Positions 30,561 to 39,600 of a DNA stretch of 64,000 nucleotides are shown here, piece after piece. Location: assembly GCA_050011565.1 (NCBI GenBank), contig JBEKIW010000005.1, positions 82,698 to 146,697 of the forward strand, in the 5' to 3' direction. The translations under genes and the position numbers were made by a program. The notes beneath the pieces are model-generated. The model had not been told where the DNA came from, did not search any database, and saw only the letters and a list, made by a program, of their open reading frames with translations. Each line of letters opens with the position of its first letter. Position 1 is the stretch's first letter. This stretch comes from Dehalococcoidia bacterium (lineage in GTDB: Bacteria > Chloroflexota > Dehalococcoidia > GIF9 > UBA5629).

Positions 30561-31539
30561 AGACGCGGTCATCTCCACATCGAGCAACCCCGAAGATGCA
30601 CTCGAAGAATACGACTCGCCGGAAACAGTAGAGGCTATCGCCGCTGTAATTGAGCCTCTGGGGCATTCCGTGATTAAACTCGGCGGTGGCAAAGAGTTCA
30701 TCGTTAGCATTCTCCAAAACGACCTCGACTTTGTTTTCAACATCTGCGAGGGGTTAGGAAACTACAAGAGCCGAGAGGCTCAAGTACCGTCCGTCTTAGA
30801 GATGCTCGGAGTGCCTTACTCAGGTTCAGACCCCCAGTGTTTGGCTATATGCCTGGACAAACCTTTGACTAAAACACTGGCGGCGGCAGCAGGTGTTCGC
30901 ACCCCAAGATGGAGGTTAATCACCGATCATAATCAATTGTACGATATGAAGGCTGATGACTTTCCGCTCCCTGCTTTCGTCAAGCCAGCCTACGAAGGCT
31001 CGAGCAAAGGCATTCGGCTTGGTTCCAGGGCAGAAACCGTGGCACAAACATCTGAGATAGCCGCAGGACTCCTAGAGCGCTACCAGCAGCCGGTGATGAT
31101 TGAGGAATTTATCGCCGGCGACGAGGTGACGGTTGGCATGCTGGGCAATTCTCCGCCGGCAGTTCTGGGCATTATGCGCATACTGCCCAAGCAGAATAAC
31201 GCTCATTTTATCTATTCGCTCGAAGTGAAGCGGGAATGGGAGCAACTGGTAGACTACGAATGTCCGGCACGGTTAAGCACTGGCACTCCGGAGGAAATTA
31301 CAGATTTATGCTTTAAGGTCTTCAAGACATTGGGCTGTCGTGATTTTGCCAGGCTCGACTTCAAACTCGATTCACAGGGAGTACCTTATTTTCTGGAGAT
31401 AAATCCACTGGCAGGGCTCAACCCGAAGAGCGGTGATATGCCTATTATGGCATACAAGCTAGGCTGGACATATCAGGCTCTTATTTCAACTATATTTAAT
31501 GCTGCCTTACAAAGGTACCCGCAGTGCGTCCGAAGATAG
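30532..31539 (+). CDS. D-Ala-D-Ala-ligase-like ATP-grasp enzyme 1
   Basis: FNICEG, LDK, VKPAYEGSSKGI, EEFI, RLDF and EINPLAGL; lacks the canonical Ddl N-terminal GGxSxE. Confidence 0.88.
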   Translation: MKIGLAYDLKDAVISTSSNPEDALEEYDSPETVEAIAAVIEPLGHSVIKLGGGKEFIVSILQNDLDFVFNICEGLGNYKSREAQVPSVLEMLGVPYSGSDPQCLAICLDKPLTKTLAAAAGVRTPRWRLITDHNQLYDMKADDFPLPAFVKPAYEGSSKGIRLGSRAETVAQTSEIAAGLLERYQQPVMIEEFIAGDEVTVGMLGNSPPAVLGIMRILPKQNNAHFIYSLEVKREWEQLVDYECPARLSTGTPEEITDLCFKVFKTLGCRDFARLDFKLDSQGVPYFLEINPLAGLNPKSGDMPIMAYKLGWTYQALISTIFNAALQRYPQCVRR

Positions 31540-32513
31540 CTATTATCTATAACGCGCCTAACCCTGATCTCTATGGGACCGTAGTAGAAAAGAAGGCATC
31601 GCTTACCATCATTGATTCGGTAGAGGCAGTTTACCGGGCGCTTACTGAGTCCGGATACCCCGTGATTCGTTTACCTCTCCTGCCACCGCTCGAGTCAGCC
31701 AAAGACAGCCTTAGAAAGCTAGAAACAGATTTAGTTTTCAATCTGTTCGAAGGCTTTGATGGCTGCCCGGAAACGGAGCCGGCTATAACCAATTTTCTTG
31801 CCGAACTCGGTTTGACCTACACCGGTTGTCCCGGGACTGCCTTGTCCTTCGGGCTGGACAAAATAAATACGAAAGCTCATCTGGCGGAGATGGGAACAGA
31901 AACGCCCCGATACCAGCTATTAGGCCCGAAGACCTCGTCTTTGTTTTATCTGAGTTATCCCTGTATTGTTAAGCCGTATGGGGAAGACGGAAGCAATGGT
32001 ATTTCGGAAGAAAGCGTGGTACACGATTTGGCTTCACTGGAAAAGCAGGTAGCAACCATAAGCAGACTTTTTGGGAAAAGAGCGCTGGTTGAGGAGTTTA
32101 TTGATGGTCGTGAATTCAACGCCACAGTCCTCGGCACCAGCCCCCCCAAAGCCCTGCCTATCTCCGAAATAATCTATTCTCTGCCGCCCGAGCTGCCCAG
32201 GATTCTCACTTTTTCTGCTAAATGGGACCCTCAAAGTATCTATTTCAGCGGTACTAAAGCCGTCTGCCCTGCCGAAATAGATACTGAGCTTCAGGAGCGT
32301 ATAACTCATACTGCTTTACTTGCCTTCAGGTTACTTGGCTCTCGCGGGTACGCCAGAGTCGACTTTCGGCTTGATTCTGAAGAGAAGCTGAAAATCATTG
32401 AGCTAAACCCCAACCCTGACATATCCCCTGACGCCGGCGCAGCTCTCCAGGCCAAGGTCGCCGGGCTGAGTTATAATCAGTTTATTGAACAGATTGTGCA
32501 ACTGGCCCTGTAA
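31524..32513 (+). CDS. D-Ala-D-Ala-ligase-like ATP-grasp enzyme 2
   Basis: FNLFEG, VKPYGEDGSNGI, EEFIDGREF, RVDFR and ELNPNPD. Confidence 0.88.
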   Translation: MRPKIAIIYNAPNPDLYGTVVEKKASLTIIDSVEAVYRALTESGYPVIRLPLLPPLESAKDSLRKLETDLVFNLFEGFDGCPETEPAITNFLAELGLTYTGCPGTALSFGLDKINTKAHLAEMGTETPRYQLLGPKTSSLFYLSYPCIVKPYGEDGSNGISEESVVHDLASLEKQVATISRLFGKRALVEEFIDGREFNATVLGTSPPKALPISEIIYSLPPELPRILTFSAKWDPQSIYFSGTKAVCPAEIDTELQERITHTALLAFRLLGSRGYARVDFRLDSEEKLKIIELNPNPDISPDAGAALQAKVAGLSYNQFIEQIVQLAL

Positions 32514-32519
32514 AGAAAA

Positions 32520-33008
32520 ATGAGAACAAAAGTCAGGCCGATGATTGCCCGGGATAAACCAGCCATAATACATATGTTGCTAAATATGCCGGAATTCAAG
32601 CCGCCCGAAGTGATTGTTGCTGAAGAAGTTCTGGACGATTACCTGCGTGACCCGGTTCGGTCGGGATATCATGTACTCGTAGCCGAAACTGAGTCATTGG
32701 TTGTCGGCTATATTTGCTACGGACCCACGCCGTTGACCGAAGCGACCTGGGACATATATTGGTTGGCAGTCGCACCAAGTCAACAGAGTCAGGGTATAGG
32801 AAAATCTCTGTTGGCTTTCGCCGAAGAAAATATTAAAGAAACTATGGGGAAGATAACTGTAATTGAAACCTCTTCCAAGCCGGAATACGAAGCCAGTGGA
32901 CATTTCTACCGAGCACAAGGTTACGAACTGGCTTGCCGCATTGCCGATTTCTATGCGCCCGGCGATGATAAACTTATTCTCATAAAACGGCTGTTAATAG
33001 CTAAGTAA
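32520..33008 (+). CDS. GNAT-family N-acetyltransferase
   Basis: YWLAVAPSQQSQGIGKSLL (motif A) and FYRAQGY. Confidence 0.9.
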   Translation: MRTKVRPMIARDKPAIIHMLLNMPEFKPPEVIVAEEVLDDYLRDPVRSGYHVLVAETESLVVGYICYGPTPLTEATWDIYWLAVAPSQQSQGIGKSLLAFAEENIKETMGKITVIETSSKPEYEASGHFYRAQGYELACRIADFYAPGDDKLILIKRLLIAK

Positions 33009-33031
33009 GCGCCCGACTTCAGAAACAAGCT

Positions 33032-33733
33032 TTATTTAATCTTTCCAGGGCTTTTTGCCAAACGCCTTTTCTGCTCTTCCTTCAGGATTTTCAATACATC
33101 TGCATCGTCGACGGGCTCGAATCGCAAGTAAAATTGTCCGACTGCAGAGAAAAAGCTTGGCGTGCGAAGGCACACCATTTCATCCACATCTTCCGCCAAT
33201 CTCCTCACCACATCCTCCGGCCCTACAGGAATAGCTGCTACCAGGAGAGCGGGCCTTTCCTGGCGAACCGCCCAAAACGCCGCCTGTGTTGTAGCACCGG
33301 TAGCCACGCCATCATCGGTTACAATGACTATCTTACCTTTAAGTAGTACCCTCGGGCGTATCCGACGGACCAGTCGGGCACGGCGTTTGATTTCGGCTAG
33401 CTGCGCCGCTGTCTCCTCCTCGATATAGTGCTGGCTTATTCCCAGCTCAGTCACAACTTGTCCATTCAAGAATATCTTCCCGTTCTCGGCTAAGGAGCCC
33501 ATGGCAAGCTCCGGATGTCCGGGTGCGCGCAGTTTGTGTGCCAGCACTATATCCAGTTCGGCATCCAGCGTTTGGGCTAATTCCCGGGCCACTATTATGC
33601 CACCACGTGGAATCCCCAGCACCACCAGATTTCGTCCGGGCAAGTTTCGCAACTCCCAGGCCAGAAGTTGTCCTACCTCTTGACGATCTCTGAAAGGCTC
33701 GCTGCTGTGTGAAATTATCCTTAATCTCGACAT
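33032..33733 (-). CDS. type I phosphoribosyltransferase family protein
   Basis: LGIPRGG, VTDDGVATGAT (PRPP loop) and FSAVGQFY. Confidence 0.9.
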   Translation of the reverse strand: MSRLRIISHSSEPFRDRQEVGQLLAWELRNLPGRNLVVLGIPRGGIIVARELAQTLDAELDIVLAHKLRAPGHPELAMGSLAENGKIFLNGQVVTELGISQHYIEEETAAQLAEIKRRARLVRRIRPRVLLKGKIVIVTDDGVATGATTQAAFWAVRQERPALLVAAIPVGPEDVVRRLAEDVDEMVCLRTPSFFSAVGQFYLRFEPVDDADVLKILKEEQKRRLAKSPGKIK

Positions 33734-33940
33734 ATTTCGCCCTTAGCCATATTCCTTGTTTTATTCATGTCCGGTCGAATCGATGAGACGACCGGCATCA
33801 GATAAGTCTTAATCAACCTATAGAAATAATATCAGCTCGCTAATTAAATAGTCATAAAGTCGCCAGGTAAATCAGTTAAATTTTTATTAAACCTGTGGTC
33901 TTGGGAAAGGCTTCCATTTAGCCCTGTCAAAGCCCGCCAG

Positions 33941-33964
33941 TACATTAGTCGTCATACATTAGTC
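33941..33964. promoter_or_regulatory. direct repeat TACATTAGTC x2 (possible regulator site)
   Basis: Exact 10-mers at 33941-33950 and 33955-33964 in a divergent intergenic region. Confidence 0.4.
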
Positions 33965-34063
33965 ATGGATAACCTATCTCGTTCTTAGCTTCTCGTATCT
34001 GTCGATAATGTACTGTAAAGTACTCTAATGCTATATTAATAACTTTATATATGTTTGTAGGTC

Positions 34064-34091
34064 TTGACAAGCTACAATTGTATGTTATAAT
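34064..34091 (+). promoter_or_regulatory. consensus sigma70 promoter
   Basis: TTGACA-16-TATAAT with extended -10 TGn. Confidence 0.8.
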
Positions 34092-34125
34092 GCCCGCATC
34101 GTCATTAAAGGGAGCATAATATAAC

Positions 34126-34698
34126 ATGGAACAATTACTTACTCCTCAAGAACTGGCCAAATACCTGAAGTTGAACCATACCACAATCATACGTAAAGCC
34201 CATAAGGGTGAGATACCGGCGATTAAAATCGGCAAGCAGTTCCGGTTCGACAGGGACCAGATTGATAAATGGCTGATGCAGCAGACAGTAGGTAGGCATG
34301 CCCAAATTTTAGTAGTTGACGATGAGGTCACCATAGGTCAGCTATTCAGAGACAGCCTGGAGAGGAACGGTTGCCAGGTAACTGCCATATCGAGCAGCCT
34401 TGAGGCACTCGAAATCGTCTCCAGGCAGCGCTTCGATTTAATTTTCCTCGACCTGGCCATGCCCGAGCTTGATGGCAGCGAGCTTTTCCGTCGTATCAGA
34501 AAGATAGACAAGCAGGTGCCTATAGCCATCATCACCGGCTATCCGGATAGCGATTTACTCAAGAAGGCCAGGGAGCATGGCCCCTTTTTAATAATGACTA
34601 AGCCCTTTACTGGTGATGAGATACTGCAGGCCGTCCATACCTTTAGCCAGCAGTCGGTTAACGGTAGCAGTAAACAGCCTGAGGCAAGACCCCGGTGA
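34126..34698 (+). CDS. response regulator: excisionase-like HTH plus receiver domain
   Basis: LLTPQELAKYLK...IPAIKIGKQFRF; VVDDE, FLDLAMP, ITGY and KPF. Confidence 0.9.
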   Translation: MEQLLTPQELAKYLKLNHTTIIRKAHKGEIPAIKIGKQFRFDRDQIDKWLMQQTVGRHAQILVVDDEVTIGQLFRDSLERNGCQVTAISSSLEALEIVSRQRFDLIFLDLAMPELDGSELFRRIRKIDKQVPIAIITGYPDSDLLKKAREHGPFLIMTKPFTGDEILQAVHTFSQQSVNGSSKQPEARPR

Positions 34699-34732
34699 TA
34701 GATAAAGAAACAACTGAAGGGGGAAGATTAAA

Positions 34733-35143
34733 ATGGTTATTAATACAGAAAGACAACATGGCCAGGTAAAGACCAGGGGTAAGGTATTGATTGTGGATGA
34801 CGAACCGGCAATTCGCAATATTTTAGCCAGAATTCTGTCAAACAAGGGGCACCAGGCGCAGACTGTGTCAAGTGGTAAAGCTGCCTTAGCCATGCTTCAT
34901 GAAAAAGGTTATGACCTCCTTGTAGCTGACCTCAAAATGTCCGGAGTTAGCGGGATGGACCTTTACGAGACTTTGAAAAAGAAACGTCCGGATATGGCTG
35001 ATAGAACAATATTTATCACCGGCGATACGATGACCGAGGAAACCAACGATTTCCTGGCTTCAAGCGGTAGGCCGTATTTGGCCAAACCTTTCACTCCGAT
35101 GGAGTTCCTGGAAATAATTGAGCATGCCCTTGAAGGGAAATAA
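34733..35143 (+). CDS. single-domain response regulator
   Basis: IVDDE, ADLKM, FITGD and KPF. Confidence 0.9.
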   Translation: MVINTERQHGQVKTRGKVLIVDDEPAIRNILARILSNKGHQAQTVSSGKAALAMLHEKGYDLLVADLKMSGVSGMDLYETLKKKRPDMADRTIFITGDTMTEETNDFLASSGRPYLAKPFTPMEFLEIIEHALEGK

Positions 35144-35160
35144 CTGCAGGTGGTAAGAAT

Positions 35161-35409
35161 ATGATAAAAATTTTGATTGTCTTAGAAGAAGAGGACGGGA
35201 TAGATTTTCGGGCTTATTCGCTCCAGATTTCAAGTACGTCTGAAGACTTGCCTCCACACGTCAAATTGCGCCTCATTGAGACTAACGAGGAGCCGGGTAT
35301 TGACAACGCCGTAAAGGGAGTACAGCAAACAGGGTTCCAAGCCAATTGCCGTTATACTATGCCGCAATCAGGAAGAGCCCTGGAGACGCGGCAAATCTTT
35401 ATGAATTAA
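35161..35409 (+). CDS. small hypothetical protein, possibly a degenerate receiver domain
   Basis: KILIVLEE start and IDNAVKGVQ segment; co-oriented within the operon. Confidence 0.4.
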   Translation: MIKILIVLEEEDGIDFRAYSLQISSTSEDLPPHVKLRLIETNEEPGIDNAVKGVQQTGFQANCRYTMPQSGRALETRQIFMN

Positions 35410-35437
35410 TTGCTTTTAGAGGGTAAGGAAACCAATT

Positions 35438-36550
35438 ATGAGCACGAAAAACAAAGCCAAAATCTTAATCGTGGATGATGAGATGCGCGTAAGAGAAATC
35501 CTTTCCCGCAAATTAACCGACGATGGGTATAACTGTCTCACCGCACCTGACGGTAATGCTGCTTTAAAAATGTTGAAAAACGACCAGGTTGAGCTGGTTC
35601 TGTTGGACGTCATGATGCCGGGTAAGGCAGGCCCCGAGGTATTGAAAGAAATTAAATCCAGGTATCCAGATATTGCTGTCATCATGGTGACCGCCATAGC
35701 CGACGTGCAGACAGCTATAGGCCTGATGAGGTTGGGTGCTTATGACTATATAATCAAACCGGTAGAGCTAAACGTGCTCTCGGTCAGCCTGGACAGAGCG
35801 CTGGAAAAACGGAATCTCATAATCGAAAACAGGGACTACCAGCTTCATCTGGAACAAAGAGTTGAAGAGCAGACCAAGAAAATACGCCAGTCGTTTCTTA
35901 ATTCGACTACCTCCCTGGCTTACGCATTAGAAGCTAAGGACAAGTATACTCACGGACATTCAGAGAGGGTTACAGAAATAGCCGTAGCAGTAGCTCGGGA
36001 AATGGCGGCACCGAAATATATGATCGAAAAGGTAAAGATGGCCGGATTGCTTCACGATGTCGGCAAAATTGGGATCAGCGAGTTCATCTTAAACAAGCCG
36101 GGTAAGCTCACCGACGACGAGTTTGAACTGGTAAAAGCACATTGCGAAGTAGGCGAGCGAATCCTGAGCCCTATAGTCGAAGATAAGGAAATACTTGAAA
36201 TGGTCAGGCACCACCATGAGCGCTACGATGGCAAAGGCTATCCTGACGGGCTATCAGGCGAGCAAATGTCGAAAGGCGCCAGCATTATAGCGATTGCGGA
36301 AGCCTACACTAATATACTATCACAAGGAGCTATGGCTCTGGCTGTAGCCGATGCCTACGATGCTATGACTTCAGATCGGCCATACCGCCCGGCCATGTCT
36401 CCTGAAGCCGCCTGCTCGGAACTGGTAAGCGGCAAAGGTAAGCAATTTGCCCCGGTAATAGTCGATATTTTCATGAGTCTAGCAAATAAAGGTAAAAAAA
36501 CAATTAAATTCATTCCTAAACCAAAAACGTCCCAGGAGAAGAAAAAATAG
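35438..36550 (+). CDS. REC plus HD-GYP cyclic-dinucleotide phosphodiesterase (RpfG-like)
   Basis: REC domain; KDKYTHGHSERV, LLHDVGKIG, HHERYDGKGYP and DAMTSDRPYR. Confidence 0.94.
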   Translation: MSTKNKAKILIVDDEMRVREILSRKLTDDGYNCLTAPDGNAALKMLKNDQVELVLLDVMMPGKAGPEVLKEIKSRYPDIAVIMVTAIADVQTAIGLMRLGAYDYIIKPVELNVLSVSLDRALEKRNLIIENRDYQLHLEQRVEEQTKKIRQSFLNSTTSLAYALEAKDKYTHGHSERVTEIAVAVAREMAAPKYMIEKVKMAGLLHDVGKIGISEFILNKPGKLTDDEFELVKAHCEVGERILSPIVEDKEILEMVRHHHERYDGKGYPDGLSGEQMSKGASIIAIAEAYTNILSQGAMALAVADAYDAMTSDRPYRPAMSPEAACSELVSGKGKQFAPVIVDIFMSLANKGKKTIKFIPKPKTSQEKKK

Positions 36551-36620
36551 CCTCCCATTCCAGACCCGGCTGGACGGGAAGTATCTAGAGCCAGTTGCGA
36601 TGAGGTTAGAGGCAAAATAG

Positions 36621-39600
36621 ATGAAAAATAATAAATCGGCGGAACCAAATACGGCCGAGCAAATCCAATTTATGACCGGTCTGATAAAACAAGTTTCGCA
36701 GCCTATGATTGTAACCTCGGCCGATAGGCGCCTCCTGTATTGGAATGCGGCTTTTTCAAAGCTCACCGGCTACAACAACAAAGAGCTGAGCGACCCAATT
36801 ATTAGCGCCGGCCTTACAGCACCCGAATGGCACGAGAGCGAAACCAAAGCGTTTGAAAGACTGCAGCGTACAGGCAAATCTCAGACTTTCCAAAAGGAAT
36901 ATATCCGTAAAGACGGCGTGCGCGTTCCCGTAGAGGTACTTGTTTATCAGCTAAGTGAGGGCAATGGCAAGGTGCAGTACTACATCGGACTTATTACTGA
37001 CATCACCGAGCGCAAACAGCTAGAGGAAGAGCTGCTGAAATCGGAGAGTCATTATCGAATTCTAGTCGAGAACGCTATTGAGGGTATTGTGGTAATCCAG
37101 GACGGCGAAATAAAGTTCGCAAATCCCATTGTTGCCATTGCCACCGGATACTCAAGCGAAGAAATGCTGTCCATGTCTTTAAAGAAACTCCTTCATCCGG
37201 ATAATGAAAAGGCTGCCGTAGAATCGATTAGCCAAGCGGTCGTTCCAGGCACCTTGCTGGTGGTGCCCCTGTTAAAAATACGGACAAAAGGTGGCGGAAC
37301 CCGGTTGATTGAAGCCACTATTATATCCATTATCTGGGATGACAAACCTGCAAACTTGAACTTACTCAGAGACATTACCGAGCGCTACCAGGCCGAGGAG
37401 ACGCTGCGTCAGTCAGAGAAGAAATATCGTTCTATATTAGAGGATGTTAGGGAAGGCTACTGGGAGGTAGACCTAGCCGGTAATTTTATTTCTTTCAACG
37501 AGGCAATATGCCGCCTGCTTGGCTACCCTGAGAACGAGATGGCGGGCATGAATTATCGGGCCTATACCTCTGCTGAAGACGTAGATAAAGTGTACCAGGC
37601 CTTCAATCAAATTTTCCGGACCGGCAAACCAATCAGGAACATGCATTACGAGATTGTCCAGAAGGACGGCAGCAAGAGGTTTGCCGAAACCTCAGTCTTC
37701 CCAGAGCGAAACGACAAGGGAGAAGTGATCGGCTTTCGTGGCGTCAGTCACGATATCACCGAGCGTAAGAATATAGAGGAGACACTAAGACACTCCGAGG
37801 AAAGATACCGGACTGTATTGGACGAGATGCAGGAGGGCTACTTCGAGCTCGACCTGGCCGGTAATTGCACCTTCACTAACGAAGCCAACTGCCGCAACCT
37901 GGGGTATCCCCGGGAAGATCTGATAGGCATGAATTATCGGGCCTACATTACCGCTGAAGACGTGGATATGGCATACGAGGCCTTTAATCAGGTCTATCTT
38001 ACAGGCCAGCCAAGCAAAGCCATTACTTTTAAAATCGTTCGGAAAGATGGCGGTATGGGTCTGGCTGAACTCTCAGCCTCCCCTCTGCGAAACGAGAAGG
38101 GCGAGATAATCGGCTTTCGTGGAATCGGCCGTGAAATTTCTGAGCGTGCACAGATGCTTGCAACCCTGAGCCAGTCAGAGGAAAAGTACCGGTCTATCCT
38201 GGAGACTATCGAAGAATCCTATTACGAGGTGGACCTGGCCGGCAGCTTCACTTTTGTCAACGATACGCTGTGCCGCGGGTTTGGCTATTCCAGAGAAGAG
38301 CTTATGGGTATGAACTATAAGGTTTACACATCACCTGAGATTGTTAGTAAGGTTTATAAGGCCTACAATCAGGTATATCGCACGGGTGAGCCACTTGCAT
38401 GGTTTCCTATGGAACAGATCAGGAAAGATGGAACTCGCTTAATTATTGAAAACTCAATCTTACCTATCAGAAATGAGAAAGGTGAAATAATCGGCTTTCG
38501 GGGAATCGGCCGTGATATTACCGAACGCCTGCGGATGGAGGAGGCTTTAAGACACTCGGAGGAAAAATATCGGTCTATCCTGGAGAATATGGAAGAGTCC
38601 TACTACGAGGAAGACCTTGCCGGCAATTTCACTTTTGTTAACAATGCACTGTGTCGCCATTTAGGCTATTCCAAGGAAGAGCTGATAGGCATGAACTACC
38701 GCGCTTACGTTCCCCCTGAAGAAGTCGACAGAGTGTTTCAGGCCTACAATCAGGCATATCGTACAGGTAAGCCGATTTCATCGTTCCGTACGCAAGAGAT
38801 TAGAAAAGACGGAAGTCGGCTGTTTTCCGAAATCTCGGTCACTCCTTTAAGAAATGAAAGGGGTGAGACAATCGGCTTTAGGGGAGTCGGCCGTGATGTC
38901 ACCAAAAGGGTACATATGGAGGAGACCATAAGGCAGTCAGAAGAGAGATACCGAACTATAATGGACGAGATGCATGATGACTATTTTGAAGTTGACCTGG
39001 CCGGTAATTACACCTTCGTAAACGATGCCTTATGCCGTAGCGTGGGGTATACCGTGGAAGAGCTGATAGGTAGGAACTACAGATTCACCATGAGTGACGA
39101 CGATAAAAGAATTTATAAGGTTTTCAATCAGGTCTATCTTACAGGGCAGCCAATCAAAGCCTTTGCTACTAAATTCGTTCGAAAAGATGGCAGCTACGGA
39201 ACGGGTGAACTATCGGCTTTCCCGCTGCGAGACGAGAACGGCGACATAATAGGCTTTCGGGGAGTCAGCCATGACATTAGCGAACGTGTACAGATGGAGG
39301 AGGCTTTAAAGCAGTCGGAAAAAAGATACCGGACTATCCTGGATGACATGAAGGAGGGCTACTTTGAGATGGACCTCGCCGGCAACTACACTTTTTTCAA
39401 CGATGCACGATGTCAACAGTTGGGCTATTCCAGAGAAGAGCTGACGGGCATGAACTACCGGGTTTACGTGCCCCCTGAGAAGAGCAAGGAGGCATTTGAG
39501 ATATACAATCGGATTTATCGTACAGGTGAGCCGGCTGAAATGATTGATGTGGTACAGATTAGAAAGGACGGGAAGCGAATATTTGTTGAAAGCTCGGCCT

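Noticed and set aside
30532-32513. Canonical ddl genes for peptidoglycan synthesis
   Set aside because: Both lack the GGxSxE motif and lie with kamA and a GNAT rather than mur or fts genes.
34126-34280. Prophage excisionase
   Set aside because: The HTH is fused to a receiver domain in a signalling operon; no integrase or phage genes nearby.
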